A stretch of 64,000 bases of DNA, from assembly GCA_050174015.1 (NCBI GenBank), contig JBFXKG010000005.1:81994-145993 (forward strand). Direction: 5' to 3'. Position numbers and translations under genes: made by a program. Of this stretch, positions 1 to 9,787 are shown piece after piece (positions within the stretch are counted from its first letter, which is position 1; each line of letters begins with the position of its first letter). The stretch comes from Candidatus Krumholzibacteriia bacterium. Its GTDB lineage: Bacteria; Krumholzibacteriota; Krumholzibacteriia; LZORAL124-64-63. The notes beneath the pieces were generated by a model. That model ran no database searches, was not told the origin of the DNA, and saw nothing but the letters and a program-made list of their open reading frames with translations.

Positions 1-85
1 TCACGGCAGAACTCCGTGGCCAGATTCCAACCGGTGGCTGCCCTGGAGAAAGCCAGACTGGTTTCCGACCCAAAGGATGGACTGA

Positions 86-2881
86 ATGGACATTTCTCAA
101 GTTCTCGATCGGGTTGAAAAAATCAGCCAGACCCTGGTGATGGCCGATCCTGGGGATCCCGACCTCCCGACGAACCTGGCCGAAAGCTTCGGCGAATTGT
201 CGGCGGTCCTGATGGAGATGGGCCGGGACCGCGAGGCGGATGCCTGCCGCCAGGCGGCCGGCGCGGCCGTGGGGATGGCTCCAGGGACGCCTGATTTCCC
301 CCAGATCATCGAATTCCTGGGAGAGATGATCAACGCCCTGCTTTCCTGCCTGAGCGGCGATTGTCGTGCTGACGACGGGTTCTTCCCGGACCCGGACGCG
401 ATCGACCGGGCCGGAGAATCGGCGCCCGTGCGGGGGGCTCCCGCCTCCTGCCCCGTGGCCGAGACCGGAGAACTGGCGGACGAGGCGATCCTGGGTGAGT
501 TCCTCTCCCGGCAGGCCGACACCCTGATCGACGTGGAGAAGGAACTCCTGAACATGGAGGCTTCGGGGGGAGCGGGAGACACCGAAGGCATCCTGCGCTA
601 CCTGCACACCCTCAAGGGCGAGTCCGCCCTGCTGGGCCTCACCGACGTCTCCGACCTCTGCCACGCCACCGAGGACCTCATCCAGAACGAGGGTTTCGCC
701 GCCTGCATCGACCGTCTCCTGGACATCAAGGACTGGCTCATCGCCCGTTTCCGGCACATGGTCGAGGGTGGGGATGCTCCCCCGCCGGCCAGGGATTTCT
801 GGGCGGCCCTGAACCATCCGCAGCCGGCCGCAGGCGGGGAATCCGCGGGCGCCGAGGAGGAACCGGCGGCGTCGGAATCCGCCGAACCGGTCGCCCCGAT
901 CACCCTCGACGAGGCTCCCCCGGTCCAGGTGCCGGATTACACCGGGAAGAACCTGCTCGAAGGCGACGTGGATCTCATCCAGGATTTCGTGGAGGAGGCC
1001 CACGAGCACCTCAACGCCTCCGAGGGCCATCTGCTGACCCTGGAGGCGGATCCCCGGGAGACCGAGGCGCTCAACGCCGTCTTCCGGGCCTTCCACACCA
1101 TCAAGGGACTGGCTGGGTTCATCGAACTGGACCACGTCAGGGACATGGCCCACAAGGCGGAGAACCTGCTGGACATGGCCCGCCGCCAGGAGATCGCCCT
1201 GGTGGGCGGGAACATGGACCTGGTGTTCGAGTCGGTCGACATGATGAAGCGGTTGATCGAGGGGGTCACCGCGGCGATGGGGGCGGACGGACACCTGGAG
1301 ACCGTGGAGACCCTGCCGACCCTCATGGGCCGGCTGGTCGCGGTCACCGAACCCGGCTTGGATGCGGCGGCCCGGGCGCAGGCCCCGGCCCCGGAACCCG
1401 AGCCGGAACCGGTGCAGGCTGCCGCGCCCGCGGCGCCGAAGACCAGCGGATTCATCCCCCTGGGCAACATGAAGAAACCCAAGGCGACGGCCACCGTGGA
1501 CAAGGCTCCGGCGGGCATGGCTCCGGCGGGGGCCGGGATCCCGACCGCGGCGGCGGCGGAGGCCCCGGATGCCCCGAATGCGCCAGGCGACGATGCGCCC
1601 AGGGCGGGGGCCGCCAAGGCGCCGGTCAAGATGAAGGAAGCGGTTCGGGTCGATGCCGACCGCCTCGACCGCCTGATCGAGACCATCGGCGAGCTGGTCA
1701 TCGCCGAGTCCATGGTCAGCCAGTCCGGGGAGCTCCAGGGCAAGCTGTCGGTCAAGCTGGCCAAGGATCTCGATCACCTGGACAAGATCTGCAGGGAGCT
1801 GCAGGAGATCGGCATGTCCCTGCGCATGGTGCCGGTCAAACCGGTGTTCCAGAAGATGGCCCGCCTGGTCCGGGACCTGTCCAAGAAGCAGGGACGGCAG
1901 GTGGAATTCGTCATGAGCGGCGAGGACACCGAGCTCGACAAGAACGTGGTGGACAAGATCGGCGATCCCCTGGTGCACATGGTCCGCAACGCGGTGGATC
2001 ACGGCATCGAGGCCGACCCCGGGGACCGCGTGGCCGCCGGCAAGCCCGAGCGCGGCCTGGTCCAGCTGCGGTCCTACCACAAGGGCGGCAACATCTGCAT
2101 CGAGATCGAGGACGACGGCAGGGGGCTGGACAAGGATGCCATCCAGGCCAAGGCCATCAGCCGCGGCCTGATCCGCGAAGGGGAGTCCCTGACCGACCGG
2201 GAGATCTTCAACCTCATCTTCGAGCCGGGCTTCTCCACGGCAAAGCAGGTCACCGAGATCTCGGGTCGCGGGGTGGGGATGGACGTCGTGCGCCGCGGCA
2301 TCGAGGAACTGAGGGGGACGGTCGACATCAGCTCGACTCCGGGCAAGGGCTCGGTCTTCAGCATCCGGCTGCCCCTGACCCTGGCCATCATCGAGGGCAT
2401 GGTGGTGATGGTCGGCGGGGAGCATTTCATCATCCCGACCCTGACCGTGGTCCGGCTGATCCGGCCCAGGCCCCAGGACATCACCTACGTGTTCGACCGC
2501 GGCGAGATGCTGGCTTTCGAGGGCCAGCTCCTGCCCCTGTTCCGGTTGAGCAACCTGTTCAGCGTGAGCGAGGTGCGGGAGCGTCCCGAAGACGCGGTCG
2601 TCGTGGTGGTCGAGGATGAGGGTCGCAAGATCGGCCTGCTGGCCGACGAATTGCTGGGCCAGCAGTCCATCGTGATCAAGAGCCTCGGCGAAAGGCTCCA
2701 GGGAACCGATGGGGTGGCCGGAGGGGCGATCATGTCCGACGGCAACGTGGCCCTGATCCTGGACATCGCCGGGATCGTGCGGGTGGCTCACGCGGTGGAT
2801 ACGACCCGCCGCCCGGGGCACCCCGCTGCGGCGGTTCTGGAAGCGGCGGCCCCGGCTCCCGAGGTTGTCCCGGCCGTCTAG
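86..2881 (+). CDS. cheA: Chemotaxis histidine kinase CheA (two Hpt domains, kinase core, C-terminal CheW-like domain)
   Basis: 931-aa ORF; Hpt motifs HTLKGESALLGL and HTIKGLAGFIELDH; HATPase G-box region (GRGVGMDVV); CheW-like C-terminus; RBS aaaggatgg upstream of ATG 86. Confidence 0.9.
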   Translation: MDISQVLDRVEKISQTLVMADPGDPDLPTNLAESFGELSAVLMEMGRDREADACRQAAGAAVGMAPGTPDFPQIIEFLGEMINALLSCLSGDCRADDGFFPDPDAIDRAGESAPVRGAPASCPVAETGELADEAILGEFLSRQADTLIDVEKELLNMEASGGAGDTEGILRYLHTLKGESALLGLTDVSDLCHATEDLIQNEGFAACIDRLLDIKDWLIARFRHMVEGGDAPPPARDFWAALNHPQPAAGGESAGAEEEPAASESAEPVAPITLDEAPPVQVPDYTGKNLLEGDVDLIQDFVEEAHEHLNASEGHLLTLEADPRETEALNAVFRAFHTIKGLAGFIELDHVRDMAHKAENLLDMARRQEIALVGGNMDLVFESVDMMKRLIEGVTAAMGADGHLETVETLPTLMGRLVAVTEPGLDAAARAQAPAPEPEPEPVQAAAPAAPKTSGFIPLGNMKKPKATATVDKAPAGMAPAGAGIPTAAAAEAPDAPNAPGDDAPRAGAAKAPVKMKEAVRVDADRLDRLIETIGELVIAESMVSQSGELQGKLSVKLAKDLDHLDKICRELQEIGMSLRMVPVKPVFQKMARLVRDLSKKQGRQVEFVMSGEDTELDKNVVDKIGDPLVHMVRNAVDHGIEADPGDRVAAGKPERGLVQLRSYHKGGNICIEIEDDGRGLDKDAIQAKAISRGLIREGESLTDREIFNLIFEPGFSTAKQVTEISGRGVGMDVVRRGIEELRGTVDISSTPGKGSVFSIRLPLTLAIIEGMVVMVGGEHFIIPTLTVVRLIRPRPQDITYVFDRGEMLAFEGQLLPLFRLSNLFSVSEVRERPEDAVVVVVEDEGRKIGLLADELLGQQSIVIKSLGERLQGTDGVAGGAIMSDGNVALILDIAGIVRVAHAVDTTRRPGHPAAAVLEAAAPAPEVVPAV

Positions 2882-2949
2882 TCGCGAGGGGATCGAACCG
2901 GGAACATCCCCGGATTTGAACGGGCGCGGAGGCGCCGAATCGGAGGTTC

Positions 2950-3453
2950 ATGATGGCAGTCGAGAGCGCAGTCGCCAGGATCGCCCAGGCGGGAAAGTAC
3001 CTGTCGTTCAAGCTGGGCGGCGAGGAGTACGGGCTGGAGATCCTCAAGGTCCAGGAGATCAACGGGATGATGGGGATCACCAGGGTGCCCCGGACTCCGG
3101 AATTCGTGCGGGGCGTCATCAACCTCAGGGGCCGGGTGATCCCCATCGTGAGTCTGAGGTCCAAGTTCCGCATGCCCCAGATCGAGGACACGGAGAAGAC
3201 CTGCATCATCGTGGTCCAGGTCCGGCACGGCGACTCGGAGATCACCATGGGCATCATCGTGGACGAGGTCTCCGAGGTCCTGAACATCTCCGAGAGCCAG
3301 ATCGAAGGCCCGCCCAGCTTCGGCGGTGGCATGGAGGACGCGAACTACATCACGGGCATGGGCAAGCTCGATGACCATGTGGTCATCCTGCTGGATCTGG
3401 ACGCCGTGCTCAGCGGTGAGGACATGGAAGGCATCGCCCAGGTCGCCCAGTAG
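2950..3453 (+). CDS. cheW: Chemotaxis coupling protein CheW
   Basis: 167 aa; typical CheW start YLSFKLGGEEYGLEILKVQEI; follows cheA. Confidence 0.9.
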   Translation: MMAVESAVARIAQAGKYLSFKLGGEEYGLEILKVQEINGMMGITRVPRTPEFVRGVINLRGRVIPIVSLRSKFRMPQIEDTEKTCIIVVQVRHGDSEITMGIIVDEVSEVLNISESQIEGPPSFGGGMEDANYITGMGKLDDHVVILLDLDAVLSGEDMEGIAQVAQ

Positions 3454-3479
3454 GGGCGGAGGGCGCCAATGCGAAGAGG

Positions 3480-4367
3480 ATGGGCGTGATTCTAACGGGT
3501 GGGAACCGGCCGGCAATGGGGCATTCGGGGGTGGCGATCCGGGGCATCGACCCGCGCCAGTTCGAGTTCATCAGGAACCGGCTCTACGAGCAGACCGGGA
3601 TCGTGTTGACCGGGCGCAAGCGGGCCCTGGTGGAGTCGCGCATCACCCAGCGTCTGCGGGTGCTGGGGCTGGAGGATTTCGCTTCCTACCTGGACTACCT
3701 GCGCCGGGACTCCGGCGGCGAGGAGCTCGTCCATCTCATCGATGTGATCTCGACCAACGTGACCCATTTCTTCCGGGAGGCCGACCACTTCCGGTTGATC
3801 AGGGGGCTCACGGAGCAATGGCTGGACCAGGGAGCGAACCGGCTCCGGTTCTGGTCGGCCGCCTGTTCCACCGGGGAGGAGCCCTATTCCCTGGCGATGG
3901 CGCTGCAGCCCTTCCTGGCCCGGGCCGGCACGGACATCAGGATCCTGGCCACGGACATCAGCACCAGGGTCCTGGCCCACGCCCGGGCGGGGGTCTTCGA
4001 CGCCGAGAGGCTGGAAACGGTGCCCGAATCCCTGCGCCGGCGCCATTTCATAAGGGAGCCGGGGAGCGCGGGGGACCGCTACGCGGTCACCGAGGATCTC
4101 AAACGGCTGGTGATGTTCCACCGGCTCAACTTCACACGGATGCCATATCCCATCAGGGGTTCCTTCGATCTGATCATGTGCCGGAACGCCATGATCTACT
4201 TCGACAGGACGCTGCGCGAGAAGATGGTGGAGGAGTTCGCGCGATTGCTGAAACCGGGCGGTTTCCTGATGGTGGGACATGCGGAGACCCTCATCGGCAT
4301 GGAGAAGTCCTTCAGGACGGTCCGCCCCTCCGTTTATCAACGCATCAGTACTGGAGAGAACGGTTGA
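3480..4367 (+). CDS. cheR: Chemotaxis protein methyltransferase CheR
   Basis: 295 aa; N-terminal CheR all-alpha domain (FEFIRNRLYEQTGIVLTGRKRALVESRI) plus SAM-methyltransferase core (RFWSAACSTGEEPYSLAM). Confidence 0.85.
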   Translation: MGVILTGGNRPAMGHSGVAIRGIDPRQFEFIRNRLYEQTGIVLTGRKRALVESRITQRLRVLGLEDFASYLDYLRRDSGGEELVHLIDVISTNVTHFFREADHFRLIRGLTEQWLDQGANRLRFWSAACSTGEEPYSLAMALQPFLARAGTDIRILATDISTRVLAHARAGVFDAERLETVPESLRRRHFIREPGSAGDRYAVTEDLKRLVMFHRLNFTRMPYPIRGSFDLIMCRNAMIYFDRTLREKMVEEFARLLKPGGFLMVGHAETLIGMEKSFRTVRPSVYQRISTGENG

Positions 4368-4417
4368 GCACCTTGACGACAACCCAGAGGACGGTGGTCC
4401 GTCCCCGGCACACCCTC

Positions 4418-4885
4418 ATGGTCGACATCAGCGACATGAAGTTGAGCCGGGATCCGGACGACGTCCTGGTGACCTACTCCCTGGGATCCTGCGTGGGCTT
4501 GACCCTGTACGATCCGGTGGCGGTGGTGGGGGGCATGATCCATTGCATGCTGCCCATGTCCAAGATCGATCCGGACAAGGCCAGGCTGAGGCCCTACATG
4601 TTCGTCGACACCGGGGTGGCGGCCATGCTGGGCGAGCTCTACGCCATGGGGGCGCAGCGCCAGAACCTCATCGCCAAGGTGGCGGGAGCAGGTTCCCCGC
4701 TGGGTCGGGAGGAGACCTTCCGCATCGGCCAGCGCAACTACACCATCCTGCGCAAGTTTTTGTGGAAGAACAACATCCTCATCGACAAGGAGGATGTCGG
4801 GGGCAGCAAGGCCCGCACGCTCTACCTCTACATGGCCGACGGCCGCACCACGGTCAAGTCGGAGGGAAAGGAGGTGGAGTTGTGA
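4418..4885 (+). CDS. cheD: Chemoreceptor glutamine deamidase CheD
   Basis: Last 156 aa of ORF 3326..4885 (the frame upstream of ATG 4418 looks like GC read-through); CheD signature VLVTYSLGSCVGLTLYDP with catalytic Cys; ATG at 4418. Confidence 0.75.
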   Translation: MVDISDMKLSRDPDDVLVTYSLGSCVGLTLYDPVAVVGGMIHCMLPMSKIDPDKARLRPYMFVDTGVAAMLGELYAMGAQRQNLIAKVAGAGSPLGREETFRIGQRNYTILRKFLWKNNILIDKEDVGGSKARTLYLYMADGRTTVKSEGKEVEL

Positions 4886-5772
4886 CGGACAAGAAGATCA
4901 TCCTGGCCAAGGTCAAGAACGTGCCCTCGTTGCCGTCGGTGGTCATCAAGCTGCGCCAGTACCTCAACGATCCGGACGTGAGCTTCGACCAGCTGGCCAA
5001 GGTCATCGAATACGATCCCGGTCTGACGGCGAACGTCCTGCAGCTGGCCAATTCCGCCTATTTCGGCTGGTCGCGCACGATCAGGACGGTCAAGGAGGCC
5101 ATCACCCGGCTGGGCACCAACCGGATCTTCCAGATGGTGCTCTGCATGTCGGTGGCCCCCCTGGTCCGCAAGCCCATCCGGGGCTACGATCTCGATTCCA
5201 CCGATCTGTGGGAGCATTCCATCGCAACGGCCATCTGCGCGGAGCAGCTGGCCCAGGCCCTCGCGCTCCGGGACGTCGAGGAGGCCTTCACCGCGGGCCT
5301 GCTGCACGACATGGGCAAGATCGTGCTGGGGACCTTCATCGAGGTGGACGACGAGCCCATCAAGGAGATCGTCGAGAAGGACCACCTGTCCTTCAACGAG
5401 GCCGAGATGATGGTGCTGGGCATCGATCACGCCGAGGTGGCCGGGGAGCTGCTGAAGGCCTGGAACCTGCCTGACGAGGTGGTCGCCGCGGCGCGCTGGC
5501 ACCACGCGCCCAGCCGCTGCGGGGAGGAGCACCAGGTCATCTGCGACCTGATCCACGTGGCCGACGTGCTCTGCCTGAACATGGGGTGGGGGCTCGGGGT
5601 GGACGGCCTCCAGTACCGGTACGACGAACGGTCCGGGTCGAGGCTCGGCATGAAATCCCAGACCGCAGAGGCGGTCATGAGCCGGGTCATGCTCGGCGTC
5701 GATGACCTCAGGACCCTGTTCCAGCCAAAGAGAGAGGGTGAGCCAAATGGCGTTCAATATTCTCATCGTTGA
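4882..5772 (+). CDS. HDOD domain signalling protein
   Basis: GTG 4882 overlaps the cheD stop (GTGA); HDOD-type features (KNVPSLPSVVIKLRQYLNDPDVSFDQLAKVIEYDPGLTANVLQLANSAYFG, LLHDMGKIVL). Confidence 0.65.
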   Translation: MTDKKIILAKVKNVPSLPSVVIKLRQYLNDPDVSFDQLAKVIEYDPGLTANVLQLANSAYFGWSRTIRTVKEAITRLGTNRIFQMVLCMSVAPLVRKPIRGYDLDSTDLWEHSIATAICAEQLAQALALRDVEEAFTAGLLHDMGKIVLGTFIEVDDEPIKEIVEKDHLSFNEAEMMVLGIDHAEVAGELLKAWNLPDEVVAAARWHHAPSRCGEEHQVICDLIHVADVLCLNMGWGLGVDGLQYRYDERSGSRLGMKSQTAEAVMSRVMLGVDDLRTLFQPKREGEPNGVQYSHR

Positions 5773-6136
5773 CGACTCGGCCACGGTTCGGGCGGTCATC
5801 AGCAAGGCCCTGAAGCTCGCCGAGGTGCCCATCAACGAGCTCTACCAGGCCGGCAACGGCCGGGAAGCCCTGGACGCCCTTCAGAAGGGCTGGATCGACC
5901 TGGTGTTCTGCGACATCAGCATGCCCGTCATGGACGGGGAACAGCTTGTGGAGGCCATGAAGGCGAACGGGATGATCGAGACCATTCCGGTGGTGATCGT
6001 CTCTTCGGCCGGCAGCGAACCGCGGGTCGCCAGGCTCAGGGAAAACGGAGTGCGCGACTACATCCAGAAACCGTTCACTCCCGAACGGATCCGGGAAGTC
6101 GTGGACCAGGTCATGGGAGCGGTTGGACATGCATAG
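5747..6136 (+). CDS. cheY: CheY-like single-domain response regulator
   Basis: MAFNILIVDDSATVR...DLVFCDISMPVMDG...KPF; receiver-domain acid pocket and conserved Lys. Confidence 0.8.
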   Translation: MAFNILIVDDSATVRAVISKALKLAEVPINELYQAGNGREALDALQKGWIDLVFCDISMPVMDGEQLVEAMKANGMIETIPVVIVSSAGSEPRVARLRENGVRDYIQKPFTPERIREVVDQVMGAVGHA

Positions 6137-6590
6137 CGACAAGCAGGACGCACTCTGCACCACCTTCCTCGAGGTGGTGGAGCACCTGACCTTCATGTTC
6201 GGGGAGATCGTGCCCAAGCAGGAGATGCCGCTGGGCGGCAGGGATTTCACGCTGGCCAGGATGTCCTTCGCCGGCGACCTGGCGGGCAGACTGGCGGTGG
6301 CCGTCCCCGCGGACATCAAGGGGGAGATCACGGCCAACATCCTGGGCCTGGATCCGGACGACCTCCAGTGCCGGACCATGATGGACGACGCCCTGGCCGA
6401 GATGCTCAACGTGGTCTGCGGGCACGTCATCATGGCGCTCGCCGGCGCCGAGGCGGATTTCAAGCTGGTGACACCGGAAACCCTGGACCTCGCCCCGGAG
6501 AACGTGGCCTCCCTGGTGGACAGCGACGATTTCGTCGGATTCATGCTGGACGACAATCCGGTGTTCCTCGGCCTCAGTCTGGAGGATTGA
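6123..6590 (+). CDS. CheX-like chemotaxis phosphatase (CheC/CheX/FliY family)
   Basis: 155 aa; position between cheY and cheB; conserved E-x2-N (LAEMLNVVCGHV) typical of the CheC-like fold. Confidence 0.6.
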   Translation: MDMHSDKQDALCTTFLEVVEHLTFMFGEIVPKQEMPLGGRDFTLARMSFAGDLAGRLAVAVPADIKGEITANILGLDPDDLQCRTMMDDALAEMLNVVCGHVIMALAGAEADFKLVTPETLDLAPENVASLVDSDDFVGFMLDDNPVFLGLSLED

Positions 6591-6591
6591 T

Positions 6592-7644
6592 GTGAAACCC
6601 ATCCGGGTCCTCATCATCGACGATTCCCCCACAGTGAGGGCCCTCATCAGGCGGGGTCTGTCGGGCGCCGAGGGCATCGAGGTGGTCGGGGTCGCTCCCA
6701 ACCCCTACGTGGCGAGGGACATGATCGTCAAGGATCCCCCCGACGTGGTCACGCTCGACCTGGAGATGCCGCGCATGGACGGGCTGACGTTCCTGCGCAA
6801 GCTCATGAGCCATTACCCCCTGCCGGTGGTGGTCATCTCGACGCTGACCCGCGCGGGCAGCCTCAAGGTCCAGGAGGCCCTCGAGGCGGGCGCCGTCGAG
6901 GTGGTCGGCAAGAACCTCACGAGCGAGGGGACCCAGGCCCTCATGCTCGAGATCGTGCGCAAGGTCCGGGCCGCCGCCGGGGCCAGGGTCCAGAGCAGGC
7001 CGCTCGGCCACCGGAGTCCCGGCGCGGAGAGTTCCCCGCGGCCCCTGGCCAGGGTGGGATGCCCCGCCGACCGCCTGCTGGCCATCGGGGCCAGCACCGG
7101 CGGAACCCAGGCGCTCACGGCCATCCTGAGCCGGTTGCCGGAGGACATCCCCGGAACCCTCATCGTCCAGCACATGCCGCCCGGTTTCACCGCCCAGTTC
7201 GCGGCGAACCTCGACCGCATCTGCCCGATGGAGGTGCGCGAGGCCAGGACGGGCGACGTCCTGCAGCCCGGTCTGGCGCTGATCGCGCCGGGCGACCGCC
7301 ACCTGCTGCTGGCCAGAAAGGGCGGACGCCTGATGGTGGAGCTGCGCAACGGGCCGCGGGTGAGCGGTCACAAGCCTTCGGTGGACGTCCTGTTCCGCAC
7401 GGCGGCCGATCACGCGGGCGGCAAGGCCCTGGGGGTCATCCTGACCGGGATGGGCAAGGACGGGGCCGAGGGGCTGAAGCTGATGCACGACCGGGGCGCC
7501 CACACCATCGCCCAGGACGAATCCAGCTGCATCGTCTACGGGATGCCGCGGGAAGCCGTCGAACTGGGAGCCGCCACCGAGATCGTGAGGCTGGACCGGA
7601 TCCCGGAGGCCATCTGCCGGGCCCTGGCCGCGGTTCCCGTCTGA
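6592..7644 (+). CDS. cheB: Chemotaxis response regulator protein-glutamate methylesterase CheB
   Basis: 350 aa; N-terminal receiver (RVLIIDDSPTVR) plus CheB methylesterase domain (LLAIGASTGGTQAL, HMPPGFT, GMGKDGAEGL). Confidence 0.9.
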   Translation: MKPIRVLIIDDSPTVRALIRRGLSGAEGIEVVGVAPNPYVARDMIVKDPPDVVTLDLEMPRMDGLTFLRKLMSHYPLPVVVISTLTRAGSLKVQEALEAGAVEVVGKNLTSEGTQALMLEIVRKVRAAAGARVQSRPLGHRSPGAESSPRPLARVGCPADRLLAIGASTGGTQALTAILSRLPEDIPGTLIVQHMPPGFTAQFAANLDRICPMEVREARTGDVLQPGLALIAPGDRHLLLARKGGRLMVELRNGPRVSGHKPSVDVLFRTAADHAGGKALGVILTGMGKDGAEGLKLMHDRGAHTIAQDESSCIVYGMPREAVELGAATEIVRLDRIPEAICRALAAVPV

Positions 7645-7715
7645 CTTCCGGAATCGTGCAGGTCGACAGGGGGGTCCGACTTCGGTCGGACCCCTTCCCT
7701 AGCCGGGAACGGTGA

Positions 7716-8198
7716 TCAGGGAGTGATGATGGTCAGGGTGGCGGTTCCGAAGTCCGTCTCCCCCACGTAGTCCACCCGCTTGCCGGGATTGCGGACCCAG
7801 CCCACGAAGTCGTCGGGTCCGGGCACCTGGTAGGGGAAGGTGGCGGTGGGGGCGACGTGAGGGTTCAGTTCGATGTTGTTGAAGAGGGTCCTCATGTTGT
7901 TGATGACCTCGGTGACGGCCTCGATCACCGGCTCGGACGCCTTGCCCGCCTTCTTCTGGTCCATCGCCGTCGCCTTGGGCAGCATGATGAGGTTGCCGCC
8001 GATGTAAAGAGTGGCCGCCAGGTCGGTCAGGACCGCCCCCTCGACCTTGTTGTCCCGCCCCTGCAGGAAGGTGATGTAGGCGCCCTTCTCGGGATTCAGC
8101 AGATCCCAGCCCTGGCCTTCCTTGAGAACCGGCTTTTCCCCGATGAGCAGTTCGACCAGGTCGAGGACTTCCTTGGGGGACGGCAACGTCAGCGTCAT
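7716..8198 (-). CDS. CheC/CheX-like protein (single domain)
   Basis: 160 aa; motif E-x2-N followed 22 residues later by P (EVINNMRTLFNNIELNPHVAPTATFP) matches the CheC-family active-site spacing; last gene of the minus-strand cheY-cheX module. Confidence 0.45.
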   Translation of the reverse strand: MTLTLPSPKEVLDLVELLIGEKPVLKEGQGWDLLNPEKGAYITFLQGRDNKVEGAVLTDLAATLYIGGNLIMLPKATAMDQKKAGKASEPVIEAVTEVINNMRTLFNNIELNPHVAPTATFPYQVPGPDDFVGWVRNPGKRVDYVGETDFGTATLTIITP

Positions 8199-8201
8199 GG
8201 C

Positions 8202-9266
8202 CTAGCCTTCCTGCCAGATGAGGATGACATGGGCCTCGAGATCGTCCGGTCCGCGAACGGTCTGGGCCATGCCCTGGATGCCGCTGGCGAAGAACTCGAT
8301 GCAGCTCCTGCCCTCCATGAACAGGGGCAGGCCGAGCTGGATCTTCTGGCCGGCGGCGGCGCGGCTGGACTTCATCACCCCGGCGGCGACGTTGGCGATC
8401 TCGCCCAGGGCGTCGGCCATGTCCTCCATGGCCGGATCCTCGTCGGACTCCATCGCGAACAGGCTCCGGGTGAGCCCCTTGCTGCCCAGCTTGTTGCACA
8501 TGACCGCGAGTTGCCAGCTGCCCGTCTCCGAGGTCAGGGCGATGCTGCTTCCGTAATCGACCTCCGCCTGGCGGGGATCCGAGGGATTGGCATCGACCTG
8601 GAGCTCGAGATCCATCTGGATGCGGCAGGTCTCCACGACGGCGTTGACGGCCTCCTGGAGCACCTCGGCCGGCACGTAGTGCCCGCTGCCGGCGACCGCG
8701 TTCTCGATAGCGTTAGACATGGGAAAGATCCCTCCGGCATCTGTGCCGTTCTGCCAGCTGAGGACGACCTGGAGTTTCCTCCCGTCAGGGGTCCTCATCG
8801 GCTGGGATACGGCGTTCACTCCTCTGGGAAAGTACTGGATCCAACCGCTGCCCCGGATGAACAGGGGCAGGCCGAGCTGGTAGTTCTCGCCTTTCGGCTC
8901 CCGCTTCGCCTTCCAGACTCCGGCCGCGACGTTGGGGATCTCGTTCATCGCATCGCCGAGATCCTCCATGGGGACGTCTGCATCGTCCTCGAGCGCGAAC
9001 AGGATCCGGGTCAGATCCCTGGCGGTCTCCTCGGGGAAGGCGCAGGCGTACTGGAAGTTGATCTTCTCGCTGGTCAGCGCCACGGTGCCGCCGAAGATGA
9101 CCCCGCCGGGGTCGGGGGCGCCGGGCATGCCGTCGAGCGCCAGGTCGATCCCGAACTGGACGGAGAAGGTTTCCCGGATGCTTTCCACGGCGTCGCGCAG
9201 GGCGTCGAGCTTGGTGCCGATGTCCTGGGGATTGGCGATGTCCCGTTTCCGCAGCAGTAGGGTCAC
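8202..9266 (-). CDS. Tandem CheC/CheX-domain protein (two phosphatase-like domains)
   Basis: Two internal repeats each containing E-x2-N (EDLGDAMNEIPNVAAGV; EDMADALGEIANVAAGV). GTG start 9266 overlaps the stop of the upstream cheY (GTGA coupling). The N-terminal 122 aa of the table ORF 8202..9632 are rejected as read-through. Confidence 0.55.
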   Translation of the reverse strand: MTLLLRKRDIANPQDIGTKLDALRDAVESIRETFSVQFGIDLALDGMPGAPDPGGVIFGGTVALTSEKINFQYACAFPEETARDLTRILFALEDDADVPMEDLGDAMNEIPNVAAGVWKAKREPKGENYQLGLPLFIRGSGWIQYFPRGVNAVSQPMRTPDGRKLQVVLSWQNGTDAGGIFPMSNAIENAVAGSGHYVPAEVLQEAVNAVVETCRIQMDLELQVDANPSDPRQAEVDYGSSIALTSETGSWQLAVMCNKLGSKGLTRSLFAMESDEDPAMEDMADALGEIANVAAGVMKSSRAAAGQKIQLGLPLFMEGRSCIEFFASGIQGMAQTVRGPDDLEAHVILIWQEG

Positions 9267-9625
9267 GATATGAAAGCCCCCAGGACCTGGCCCATGTCCT
9301 CGGCCGTGAAGGGCTTGGCCAGCAGGAACATGGCGCCGCCCTCGGTGGCCAGGTCGACCATCTCCTTGGTGCTTTCGGAGGTCACGAACCCGAAGGGGAT
9401 CTCCAGCCCCTCCGCGTTCATGGCGGCCAGGAACTCGATCCCGGTCATTTCGGGCATGTGCCAGTCCGAAAGTATCAGGTCGGGCTTCTGCGCCTTGACG
9501 ACGTCCAGGGCCTCCTTGCCGTTCTCGGCCTCGACGATCTCGTGACCCTCGAAACCGGCCTGGCGGATGGTCCTGGCGACAATGCGGCGCATGGCGCGGG
9601 AATCGTCTACGACCAGAATTTTCAT
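9263..9625 (-). CDS. CheY-like response regulator
   Basis: MKILVVDDSRAMRRIV...DLILSDWHMPEMTG...LAKPF; start placed at the internal Met of ORF 9263..9703. Confidence 0.8.
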   Translation of the reverse strand: MKILVVDDSRAMRRIVARTIRQAGFEGHEIVEAENGKEALDVVKAQKPDLILSDWHMPEMTGIEFLAAMNAEGLEIPFGFVTSESTKEMVDLATEGGAMFLLAKPFTAEDMGQVLGAFIS

Positions 9626-9787
9626 GCTCCACTCCTTGAATCCGGTTGCGTCGTCACGGCGCATCCCTGAAAGGACATCGACGGGACGGGCCGGAAGACG
9701 CATTCCTGTAGGGGATTGATCGGTCGGAGGGGCAAGAGCTTGACGATTTTCTTCGGCCTGGATCCTGCCCGGCCCATGGGGCCGGAT

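Noticed and set aside
97-1764. Long minus-strand ORFs (97..591, 598..903, 937..1764) antisense to cheA
   Set aside because: No domain-like sequence; Ser/Arg/Ala-rich composition typical of GC-driven antisense ORFs; fully overlapped by a well-supported cheA.
8202-9632. Full 476-aa table ORF on the minus strand
   Set aside because: The first 122 codons are Arg/Gly/His-rich read-through across the upstream cheY; the real start is GTG 9266, overlapping the cheY stop.
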